Shown here one piece after another: positions 35,760-44,157 of a stretch of 64,000 bases of DNA (position 1 is the first letter of the stretch; each line of letters begins with the position of its first letter). Source of the stretch: Bryobacterales bacterium (GTDB lineage Bacteria; Acidobacteriota; Terriglobia; Bryobacterales; UBA6623); assembly GCA_965237575.1 (NCBI GenBank), contig CBDEGI010000004.1, positions 3,669,963-3,733,962 of the forward strand, in the 5' to 3' direction. The notes under the pieces are model-generated. The model made no database searches. It was not told the DNA's origin and saw nothing but the letters and a program-made list of their open reading frames with translations. Position numbers and translations under genes: made by a program.

Positions 35760-37558
35760 ATGTCAGAAGTAGCGGAATACGTTGAGGTTCACCGTCACCC
35801 TGAACCGAAGAGCTTCATCTGGAAGTACATCTTCAGCCTGGACCACAAGGTGATCGGCATCCAGTACATCCTGCTCGCGATTGTGGCGGTATTTGTCGGG
35901 ATGGGCCTGTCGCTGCTGATGCGACTGCGCTTGGTGTGGCCGGGGGAGTCCTTCGCCTGGCTGGGCGCCCTGTTCCCGGTGGGTGCACCCGACGGCATCA
36001 TGACACCGGAGTTTTACCTAGCCCTGATGACGATGCACGGCACCATCATGGTTTTCATGGTTCTGACCACGGCGCCCCAGGGTGGCTTCGGCAACTACAT
36101 CTTGCCGATTCAGATCGGGGCGGCCGACATGGCCTTCCCGCGGCTCAACATGCTGTCTTTCTGGGTCACGTTTCTTTCGTTCTGTGCATTAATGATGGCC
36201 TTCTTCAGCGCGGGCGGCGCACCGATTTCGGGATGGACAGCGTACCCGCCGCTGAGCGCGCTCGACAGCGCCCAGATCGCCGAAAACGGCCAGGACTGGT
36301 GGCTCATCAGCATCGCGCTGTTCTGTGTAGGCGCGCTGCTCGGCGCGTTGAACTTCATCGTCACAACATTGCAGTTGCGAACCAAGGGGCTGACGATGAT
36401 GCGTCTGCCTCTCACGGTCTGGGCTTGGTTCGTTACCGCCATTCTCGGGCTGTTGGCGTTCGGCGTGCTCTTCTCGGCGGGGGTGCTGTTGCTGCTCGAC
36501 CGCAACCTCGGCACGAGCTTCTTCATCCCGGGCGGCTTAGTCATCAATGACATCCCCGTCACCGGCCACAGCGGCGGCTCACGATCCTGTGGCAGCACTT
36601 GTTCTGGTTCTTCGGGCATCCGGAGGTCTACATCGCCATTCTGCCGGGGATGGGCGTCACGTCCCACATCCTTTCCACCTTCTCCCGCAAGCCTGTTTTC
36701 GGCTACAAGGCGATGGTTTATGCCATTCTCGCTATCGGCAGCCTGGGCTTCGTCGTTTGGGGCCATCACATGTTCATGAGCGGCATGAGCCCCTACTCGG
36801 CGTTCGTGTTCTCCGTTCTCACCATGGTTATCGGCGTACCGTCGGCGATTAAGACCTTCAACTGGATCGGGACGCTGTGGGGCGGCAAGATTCGCTTCAC
36901 CGCGCCGATGATGTACTCGATCGGCTTTGTTTCGCTGTTCGTCACAGGCGGCGTCACTGGCATTTTCCTGGGTCAACCCACGGTGGACTTCTTCTTTCAT
37001 GACGGCTACTTCGTGGTCGCCCACTTCCACCTAATCATGGGCGTGGCGGCGATCTTCGGCATGTTTGCCGGCATCACGTTCTGGTTTCCTAAGATGTTCG
37101 GACGCATGATGAGCGAGGGCATTGGCAGGGTCCATTTCTGGTTCACCTTCATTGGGGTTTACTCGATCTTCGGACCGATGCACTACCTGGGCCTTATCGC
37201 CCACCCGCGGCGCTATGCCGAGTCCACCGGCGTTGACTATCTAGCAGCCAGCGGGGCGGACGAGCTCCAATACTTCATCACGGTCGCGGCGATGATCACG
37301 ATCACGGCTCAGTTCTTGTTCCTGTTCAACTTCATTTGGAGCCTGCGCAAGGGCAAGAAAGTCACGAGCGACAATCCCTGGGAAGCGACCACTTTAGAAT
37401 GGACTGTGGCCAGCCCGCCGGTTCACGACAACTTCGAAGGCAGGATCCCCATCGTCTATCGCGGCCCTTACGAGTTCAGCGTGCCGAAGGCCAAGCGGGA
37501 CTACATCATGCAGTCCAACTCCGATGAAATGGCCTTCGGAGCGGCCTCGGGTGACTAG
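35760..37558 (+). CDS. ctaD: Cytochrome c oxidase subunit I, interrupted by an apparent 1-nt frameshift near 36580
   Basis: ORF 35760..36779 (N-terminal half) and ORF 36599..37558 ([24 protein letters not shown]...VWGHHMF...) are in different frames. The second frame is open from 36551. Confidence 0.85.
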
Positions 37559-37561
37559 CGC

Positions 37562-38260
37562 ATGGCGACGACCCTGACTGCCCCGCCACCGGCGACCGAC
37601 GCTGAAAAACAGCGTGGCCGCACCTCCATCGGCGGAGGCGGTTTCGGCGGCCGTGGCGAGGACGGCAATGGCGACAACCGTGGGGGTGGCAACGGCAACG
37701 GCTGGGACCCGGCAGCACAGGCCGTCTACCGCTATAAGCTGGGAACGTGGGTCGGGATGGGCGGCATTGTGATGGTTTTCGCCGCTTTCACGAGCGCCAT
37801 GGTCGTTCGTAGCGGGCTGGGTGGCGATTGGAATGCAATCGACCTCCCCGGAGGGCTGTGGCTCAGCACTGCGGTGCTACTGGCCAGCAGCTTCACGATC
37901 GAACTCGCCAAGCGGCGAATGCGTGCCGGACTCAGCCAAGCCCTACGGACGTGGTTGGCCGTGACCCTTGGTCTAGGAACACTGTTCATGGTTTCGCAGC
38001 TCGTCGGCTGGGCTGAGCTTTCGGCGCGGGGCATCTACATGGCGTCCAACCCGAGCAGTTCGTTCTTCTATCTGCTCACGGCGGCTCACGCGGTGCACAT
38101 CGCCGGCGGGCTGTTGGTGCTGACCTACGCGGTCTTCCGCGTGTGGCGGCCTGCCGTGTGGGCGACGCGGGACGCGGCGGTCGAGGCCACCACGATCTAC
38201 TGGCACTTCATGGATGTGCTTTGGGTCTATCTGTTTGTTCTGCTAATGGTTTGGAGGTAA
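37562..38260 (+). CDS. Cytochrome c oxidase subunit III-family protein with a Gly/Asn-rich N-terminal extension
   Basis: FFYLLTAAHAVHIAGGLLVL...YWHFMDVLWVYLFVLL. The N-terminus contains GGGGFGGRGEDGNGDNRGGGNGNG. Confidence 0.75.
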   Translation: MATTLTAPPPATDAEKQRGRTSIGGGGFGGRGEDGNGDNRGGGNGNGWDPAAQAVYRYKLGTWVGMGGIVMVFAAFTSAMVVRSGLGGDWNAIDLPGGLWLSTAVLLASSFTIELAKRRMRAGLSQALRTWLAVTLGLGTLFMVSQLVGWAELSARGIYMASNPSSSFFYLLTAAHAVHIAGGLLVLTYAVFRVWRPAVWATRDAAVEATTIYWHFMDVLWVYLFVLLMVWR

Positions 38261-38263
38261 GGA

Positions 38264-38890
38264 TTGATGTCTCATTCATCCGTGGCGGCCGAAGCAAGCT
38301 GGGGTGGCGGCGCGTCGCCATTCGCCGTAGGCCATAAGAAGCTGGGCATGTGGCTGTTTATCGTGTCGGACGCGCTCACGTTCTCCGCGCTGATTGTGGC
38401 CTATAGCTATGTACGGCTGTCGAACGAGTGGCCCACGCCGTTTGAGTTCTACCCCGCCATTATTTTCTCGTCGGTGATGACGCTGGTGCTGCTGTCGAGC
38501 AGTCTGACGATGGTGTTTGCCGTGGACGCAGCCCATGCCGGTGACCGCAAGGGGACCTTCAAGTGGATCTGGGCGACCATTGTCTTCGGCGTTGCCTTCA
38601 TCGTGTTGCACATGAACGAGTGGATGCACTTGATCCACGACGGCGTCACCCCGCTCGAAAACCCTTGGGGCACGCCGCTGTTCGGAGGAACATTCTTCAC
38701 GCTCACCGGGCTGCACATGACACACGTCGCGATCGGCGTGATCTATCTGGCGGTCGTGGCCTGGGGATTCAAGAAGGGCAAGTACGACGGCGAGGACGTT
38801 GAGGTCAGCGGCCTGTATTGGCACTTCGTCGACCTCGTCTGGATGTTCATCTTCCCGATGGTCTACTTGATGTCCACGAAGGTTTCATAG
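38264..38890 (+). CDS. ctaE: Cytochrome c oxidase subunit III
   Basis: KKLGMWLFIVSDALTFSALIVAY...FFTLTGLHMTHVAIGVIYL...LYWHFVDLVWMFIFPMVYL. Confidence 0.85.
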   Translation: MMSHSSVAAEASWGGGASPFAVGHKKLGMWLFIVSDALTFSALIVAYSYVRLSNEWPTPFEFYPAIIFSSVMTLVLLSSSLTMVFAVDAAHAGDRKGTFKWIWATIVFGVAFIVLHMNEWMHLIHDGVTPLENPWGTPLFGGTFFTLTGLHMTHVAIGVIYLAVVAWGFKKGKYDGEDVEVSGLYWHFVDLVWMFIFPMVYLMSTKVS

Positions 38891-38918
38891 AGAAGCTCGA
38901 TAGAGAAAGAAGGAACCA

Positions 38919-39230
38919 ATGACGGCGGAAGCACAGTCGCACAAGGGATTGTTCATCAAGGTTTGGATCGGCCTGCTGGCCCTCACGCTGGTGGAGGTGC
39001 TTCTGGCCTACATCCAGTTCGGGGTCGTGATGATGCTGACCCTTCTGATGGGTCTCTCACTCATCAAGGCCGGCATGATCATGGCCTATTTCATGCATCT
39101 GAAGTTTGACCGGCCGGTTTTATCTTGGACCGTGGTGGTGCCGTTGGTCGCCTGCATTCTGATCATGATCGGCTACTTCTTCCCCGACGGCTACCGAATC
39201 CTCGAGTTCGGCTTCAAGGGATGGCAGTAG
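38919..39230 (+). CDS. Cytochrome c oxidase subunit IV-family small membrane protein
   Basis: 103 aa with three hydrophobic helices, including FIKVWIGLLALTLVEVLLAY and AYFMHLKF. Positioned after the subunit III genes. Confidence 0.7.
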   Translation: MTAEAQSHKGLFIKVWIGLLALTLVEVLLAYIQFGVVMMLTLLMGLSLIKAGMIMAYFMHLKFDRPVLSWTVVVPLVACILIMIGYFFPDGYRILEFGFKGWQ

Positions 39231-39240
39231 GGAACGGACC

Positions 39241-39519
39241 ATGGAGCTGATTTCGCGGCTTTTCTCACGGTTGAGTGCGCTGCTGATGTTGGCGGGCTTG
39301 GGCTTAGCTCTTGCCGCGCCGCTGGCCGCCCAGTGCGTCATGTGCCGCGAATCAGCCAAGTATCAGCGCGACGAAGCACTCCTGGCCATCAACCGCGGCA
39401 TTATTGTCCTCGCAATCCCACCAGCCGCCATCGCCTTCGGCATCGGCTGGGTCACCTACCGCCACCGCAAGTCGCCGCGTCCCGAACCACGAAACCAGCG
39501 AATGCCCTCCGACCTGTAG
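39241..39519 (+). CDS. Small membrane/secreted protein with a CxxC motif (hypothetical)
   Basis: 92 aa: signal-like N-terminus, AQCVMCRES, one TM helix and a basic tail. Last gene of the cox cluster. Confidence 0.45.
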   Translation: MELISRLFSRLSALLMLAGLGLALAAPLAAQCVMCRESAKYQRDEALLAINRGIIVLAIPPAAIAFGIGWVTYRHRKSPRPEPRNQRMPSDL

Positions 39520-39525
39520 GCTTCC

Positions 39526-39999
39526 TTAGTCCAGCAATCGACGATCCCAGACGACCGGCGTCGGCTTGCCTGCCTTCATCTGCGCGAAGTCCGGGTGCTC
39601 CTGGTTGAAGATCACATTGAGCTCCACCCGCGTCACGACCGAGGGGACAAGGAGCACGGCGGTGCGCCGCCGATCGTACCAGTCGTCACCGTAAGTCCGA
39701 CTCTCCTGCTGGCTCGGATCGTCCCAGCCCGGCAAGTCGTCTTGTTTCACTTCTTCCACCACGAAACCTGCCGGGACGACGATCTCAATCCAGTTTTGAG
39801 TCGAGGGAATACGGCCGATGTTGGTATGGACCAGCTCTTCCAGCAACGCTCCTGCATATGTCTCGGAAGCGTAGATCACGCGCCGACCGGGGGAATTCCA
39901 GCGTCCGCCGAAGGTGGCGGCACCCGAACCGTCGAACACTTCCCGCCGGCTATCCGCGATCCGATAGGCCCGTAGCGGCTCCTCAAGCCGGAAGGCCAT
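39526..39999 (-). CDS. RES-domain toxin (NAD+ phosphorylase-type)
   Basis: AYRIADSRREVFDGSGAATFGGRWNSPGRRVIYASETYAGALLEELVH, carrying the R...E...S signature. Confidence 0.8.
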   Translation of the reverse strand: MAFRLEEPLRAYRIADSRREVFDGSGAATFGGRWNSPGRRVIYASETYAGALLEELVHTNIGRIPSTQNWIEIVVPAGFVVEEVKQDDLPGWDDPSQQESRTYGDDWYDRRRTAVLLVPSVVTRVELNVIFNQEHPDFAQMKAGKPTPVVWDRRLLD

Positions 40000-40417
40000 G
40001 GAAAATCTTTTCCAGGATCAGCTCGACCTGGCGCGCTCCCAGTTCCGTCATGGCTGCGTTCAGAGGGGCCCTACCCCGCAGCTCTGGGTGCGGTGCGGAT
40101 AAGAAACGGCGAGCGTTCTCAGGACTGTCCCAAACGTATTCAGCCGCCGCGACCACACGCGCCAGCCTCTCGGTACGTTCGCTTTCGCTCGGGGATAAGC
40201 GTTCACGGCGACGTTTGAAGGTCGCTTCCGGCACGACCCGATACATGAGGCGACGCTGCTCCCCGCGATCCGCCAGGACTCGCCGAGCGGTATTTCGCAA
40301 ACAGCCCTTGGGCAATCCGTTCTCTACCGCCTCGACCAACTGATCCAGCGAACAGATGGCACGACCAAGAACTTTCGGTCCGCCCATGACGTCCGCCACC
40401 TTTTGGACATCGATCAT
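39983..40417 (-). CDS. Xre-like antitoxin with a DUF2384 (MbcA/ParS-like) toxin-binding domain
   Basis: C-terminal RRFLSAPHPELRGRAPLNAAMTELGARQVELILEKIFHG. Overlaps the RES gene start by 17 nt. Confidence 0.8.
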   Translation of the reverse strand: MIDVQKVADVMGGPKVLGRAICSLDQLVEAVENGLPKGCLRNTARRVLADRGEQRRLMYRVVPEATFKRRRERLSPSESERTERLARVVAAAEYVWDSPENARRFLSAPHPELRGRAPLNAAMTELGARQVELILEKIFHGLPA

Positions 40418-40419
40418 GT

Positions 40420-40459
40420 TGGTATCATCATATCACGTTGATTGGATCGGATGATACCA
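40420..40459. promoter_or_regulatory. Inverted repeat TGGTATCATC-N20-GATGATACCA directly upstream of the Xre antitoxin gene (candidate operator)
   Basis: 40420-40429 is the reverse complement of 40450-40459. GTATCAT/ATGATAC motifs recur through 40420-40670 in an AT-richer stretch. Confidence 0.4.
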
Positions 40460-40667
40460 TCATGGTAGACTTAAAGGATCAAGTCTCGAACAACATGCCG
40501 ATCTATCAGCGACTTGCAAGGCTATCCTCAGTAAAATCAGACGGTTGCATCCTTATGATACTTTGCGTCGGTTCGCCGGGAGTAACGATACCTTAGGCCC
40601 AGAACAAAAAGTATGCGGCATCTTTCTCCATAACGATGCGGCGACCTTAGGCCCCAAAAGTATCATC

Positions 40668-40917
40668 GGGGTATGCACTTGACTCCCGACGACCCCACAC
40701 CTTGTGGTCGGCGACTGCGGCGACCGCACCCTCGAGGGGCCATCGGGCAGCGGTCGTGGGTCCTATAGCCGCCGCTCATTGCGCCCCGCGGGGGGACGGC
40801 AGCGGTTGACTTTGAAACCTGAAGGCGAAGCGCTCTTGAAACTCCCCAGCGTGCGCGAATAGTCCTCCAGAGCCCGGATACTAGACCTTGGGGCTTCGGG
40901 AGTCAAGTGCATACCCC
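40668..40917. repeat. 250-bp element with perfect 22-nt terminal inverted repeats, family copy 2
   Basis: GGGGTATGCACTTGACTCCCGA (40668-40689) pairs with TCGGGAGTCAAGTGCATACCCC (40896-40917). Flanked by the direct repeat AAGTATCAT (40658-40666 and 40920-40928). The sub-terminal regions are homologous to 10931-11200. Confidence 0.65.
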
Positions 40918-40979
40918 AGAAGTATCATTCTTGTAGCGCCCCGTTCGAAGTCGCGGGAGCGCGCAGGGAGCAGGGTCCC

Positions 40980-42074
40980 CTACCCGCGCACGGTATCGCC
41001 GGCGAGCCCCCAGAAGTCTTCCACGTAGTACGACGACATCACGTTCCCGAACAGGAAGCAATTGTTCTTGCATGCCGGAACCTCGCCGTAGATCCGCCGG
41101 CCGCGCGCAAAGGCTGCTGAGATCGAGCCCTCCTCGAGCACGTTGCCGGCGATCTTGCGCAGCACTTCGCATGGGTAGAAGATGTCGCCGTTGGGATAGA
41201 CTCTGGGGAACATTGTGGGGTAGCACTTGAACTCTTCAAACAGCAGCAACGTGCGCAGCAGCTTGGGAGTCCCGTTGATCTTCGCCGCACCGCTTTTCCG
41301 CAGCTCGATTAGCCTGTCAACGAAAGCCCGGTAGCGGGGGTCTCTGAGGAACTGGAAGTTGGGGTACTTGCCGTTGTTCTGGGCCGACTGCACCGAGAAT
41401 TGAAACCCGTGCTCCTGGCAGAACTCCAGGATCTTCTCCGCCTCGGTGAGGTTCCACAGCTCGAGCACGCAACTCACCGTGATCGCCCCGGGCGGGAGCT
41501 TCTCCTTGGCCAGCATGAGATTCTCTTTGACGCGCGGCACGGCGGCCGACTTCGACATCGGCTCGGAGAGGTCGTGCGTGATGGCGTCCAGGCTCACGAC
41601 CAAGCCGTTGAGGTGCTCGAGCACGGAGGCCCGCTTATCGAGCATCACGCCGTTCGTAACCATCAGCAGGGACCGGAACTTGACGTCCCTGCGAGCGGCG
41701 AAAATCAGTTCCTCGATGTCGGGCCGCATCAAGCATTCGCCGCCCGTGATCAACATCGTGTCGACGTCTTTGCGGATGTTGCGGAATAGGCGGATCGTGT
41801 TTTCCGTGTCCAGCTCTTCGCTGAACACCTCCGGGTTCTTCTGCGTGCAATAGCTGCAATCGAGATTGCATTTGTGGGTGGCGTAAAAAATCGCCGAGTA
41901 CGGAGTCACCACGGTCGACTTCAAGACTTTGCGCCGATACAAGTTCTTGGCGTACGCCTTGAAGTTCTTGATCACAAAGGGATAATGCTGCAGCATCCCT
42001 TCGATCAGACGATGTCGATCGAGAGCCATATCGCGTTGTTCCAGCCCAAAGCCTAAGCCATTGCATGAACCCAT
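40980..42074 (-). CDS. Radical SAM protein
   Basis: ORF 40980..42224. CNLDCSYC (CxxxCxxC) follows FYATHK. The ATG at 42074 is preceded by GAGG, but the start is uncertain (alternatives at 42029 and 42107). Confidence 0.75.
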   Translation of the reverse strand: MGSCNGLGFGLEQRDMALDRHRLIEGMLQHYPFVIKNFKAYAKNLYRRKVLKSTVVTPYSAIFYATHKCNLDCSYCTQKNPEVFSEELDTENTIRLFRNIRKDVDTMLITGGECLMRPDIEELIFAARRDVKFRSLLMVTNGVMLDKRASVLEHLNGLVVSLDAITHDLSEPMSKSAAVPRVKENLMLAKEKLPPGAITVSCVLELWNLTEAEKILEFCQEHGFQFSVQSAQNNGKYPNFQFLRDPRYRAFVDRLIELRKSGAAKINGTPKLLRTLLLFEEFKCYPTMFPRVYPNGDIFYPCEVLRKIAGNVLEEGSISAAFARGRRIYGEVPACKNNCFLFGNVMSSYYVEDFWGLAGDTVRG

Positions 42075-42341
42075 TGCAACAGCCTCAGGAATCTCATGCC
42101 TCAGCATGACCGGTTCTGTGGGGCGACCCACGCCGTTGATCCCAGCGCCACTACTGTAGAATCGTGGGTATGTCGGCGCCGATGGAGGCGGCCGACTCCC
42201 TGGCGGGCCGAAATCCCCGTCCATCGTTCCCCGAGACCCGTTGTGGCCACCAAGCCCACTCTCAACCTCAATCGGCGGCTAACCGGAGGCTCCGACCCGC
42301 TAACGCTGGAGTTGCCGCCACGCGCCCCGAGCATCGGTCAG

Positions 42342-42830
42342 GTGATTACGGCTCCGGACTCGGCTGATCTCATAGCGGGGGTGGACGCCAAGCCCTACCC
42401 GGTTTGGCCGGACGACCGTGGCTACTTCCTAGAGGTGGCCCGCCTCGGCGAGGGACTCCCCGGGGGGTTTCCGGTCGAAACGACCCAGATTTCGGCGGCC
42501 CTGAGCTATCCGGGAACCATTAAGGCTTTCCACTACCACCGGCATCAGACTGACCTCTGGGTGCCGGCGCAAGGAATGTTCCAGGTTGCCCTCGTCGATT
42601 TGCGCACGGAATCGCCCACGTTCGGTGTTCGCAACACGCTGTACCTCGGCACACTACGGCCTTGGCAACTGCTGATTCCGCCCGGCGTGGGGCACGGCTA
42701 CAAAGTGATCGGGCAGGGACCGGGCCTGCTGATCTACGTCACGGATCGCCACTACAACCCCGAAGATGAAGGGCGCATCGTCTACGACGACCCCGGCATT
42801 GCCTACGACTGGGAGACGCAGCACAAATGA
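42342..42830 (+). CDS. rmlC: dTDP-4-dehydrorhamnose 3,5-epimerase family (RmlC-like cupin)
   Basis: ORF open from 42096. The family-like sequence starts near the GTG at 42342: VWPDDRGYFLEV...FHYHRHQTDLWVPAQGMFQVALVDLRTESPTFG...PPGVGHGY. Confidence 0.7.
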   Translation: MITAPDSADLIAGVDAKPYPVWPDDRGYFLEVARLGEGLPGGFPVETTQISAALSYPGTIKAFHYHRHQTDLWVPAQGMFQVALVDLRTESPTFGVRNTLYLGTLRPWQLLIPPGVGHGYKVIGQGPGLLIYVTDRHYNPEDEGRIVYDDPGIAYDWETQHK

Positions 42831-43864
42831 AGCTGCTCGTCACCGGCGGAGCGGGATTCATCGGCTCCGCCTTTGTTCGGCTCGTACTGGGCTCCGACCC
42901 CGCGGCCGAGGTGCTGAACTTCGATGCGCTGACCTACGCCGGGAACCTCGAGAACCTCGAACCCATCTCCGGCCACGGGGCCTATCGCTTCGTCAAAGCG
43001 GATGTACGTGACAGCGACGCGGTCGAAGAATCCTTCACGGAGTTCGCTCCCGATACGATTGTGCACTTCGCCGCCGAGTCGCATGTGGATCGCAGCATCC
43101 TCTCGCCGCAGCCCGTGATCGAGACGAACCTCCATGGCACGTTCACGCTGCTCGAGGCGGCGCGGCGGCACAAGGTCGCCCGATTCATCCACGTGTCGAC
43201 GGACGAGGTGTACGGCAGCATCGATCCTCCGGCCGAGGCGGACGAGTCCTATCCTCTGCGAACCAGCAGCCCGTATTCGGCGTCGAAGGGCGGCTCGGAT
43301 CTGTTGGCGCTCTCGTACTTCGCGACCTACAAGTTGCCCATCATCGTGACCCGGGCGTCGAACAACTACGGGCCCTATCAATTCCCCGAGAAGTTGATCC
43401 CGCTGATGATCTCGAACGCGCTAGCAGATCGTCGGCTGCCGATCTACGGCGACGGCATGCAGGTGCGTGACTGGCTTTTTGTGGACGACCACTGCCGCGC
43501 AATCGCGGCCTTGCTCGACAAGGGACGTCCCGGCGAGATCTACAACATCGGCGGCAACCGCGCCCTGCCCAACCTGGACGTGGTCAAGAAGATCCTCGCC
43601 GCGACAGGCAAGCCGGAGAGCCTGCTCGAAACCGTCGAAGACCGGCCCGGACACGACCGCCGCTATGCCCTCTCGAGCGAGAAGATCATGCGCGAGACCG
43701 GCTGGTCGCCGCAGGTGGAGTTCGAGCGAGGCTTGGAGATGACGATCGCTTGGTACCGTCAGAACGCGGCTTGGGTTGAGCGCGTGCGCTCGGGAGCCTA
43801 CCGCGACTATTACGCGAAGAACTACGAGCAGCGCGGAGCCGAACTCAGCCGGTTGGTGAAGTAA
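42827..43864 (+). CDS. rfbB: dTDP-glucose 4,6-dehydratase
   Basis: MKLLVTGGAGFIGSAFVR...HFAAESHVDRS...YSASKGGSDLL. ATGA overlap with rmlC. Confidence 0.9.
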   Translation: MKLLVTGGAGFIGSAFVRLVLGSDPAAEVLNFDALTYAGNLENLEPISGHGAYRFVKADVRDSDAVEESFTEFAPDTIVHFAAESHVDRSILSPQPVIETNLHGTFTLLEAARRHKVARFIHVSTDEVYGSIDPPAEADESYPLRTSSPYSASKGGSDLLALSYFATYKLPIIVTRASNNYGPYQFPEKLIPLMISNALADRRLPIYGDGMQVRDWLFVDDHCRAIAALLDKGRPGEIYNIGGNRALPNLDVVKKILAATGKPESLLETVEDRPGHDRRYALSSEKIMRETGWSPQVEFERGLEMTIAWYRQNAAWVERVRSGAYRDYYAKNYEQRGAELSRLVK

Positions 43865-44153
43865 CCGTCAGCGTTGCATCCCCCCCGTCGCATCCCCCGC
43901 TGATGGCGGCGACGAAGTGGACTTCACTCTGCTCCCCGACGTCGGCCAGCAGCCCCAGAGGGCTCACGACCCCGTCGATCGCAACGGAAATGTTGGGCTT
44001 GAGGCGGTCGCCATCGACCAGCCAGTCCTTCGTACCAGGATGCGTCTCGTCGAGCTTGCGGATAATCCGCCGGACGGAGGCGCCTTCGACCTCCAGCTCG
44101 CCCACCCCGCCGGTCAACTCTTGCATGCCCGACGGGATAAAGACCGTCGCCAT
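43845..44153 (-). CDS. MoaD/ThiS-family ubiquitin-like sulfur-carrier protein with a 15-aa extension after the GG
   Basis: 102 aa: ...SEVHFVAAISGG followed by CDGGDATLTVTSPTG. Lies 5 nt downstream of the Mo-hydroxylase large subunit. Confidence 0.6.
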   Translation of the reverse strand: MATVFIPSGMQELTGGVGELEVEGASVRRIIRKLDETHPGTKDWLVDGDRLKPNISVAIDGVVSPLGLLADVGEQSEVHFVAAISGGCDGGDATLTVTSPTG

Positions 44154-44157
44154 CCGA

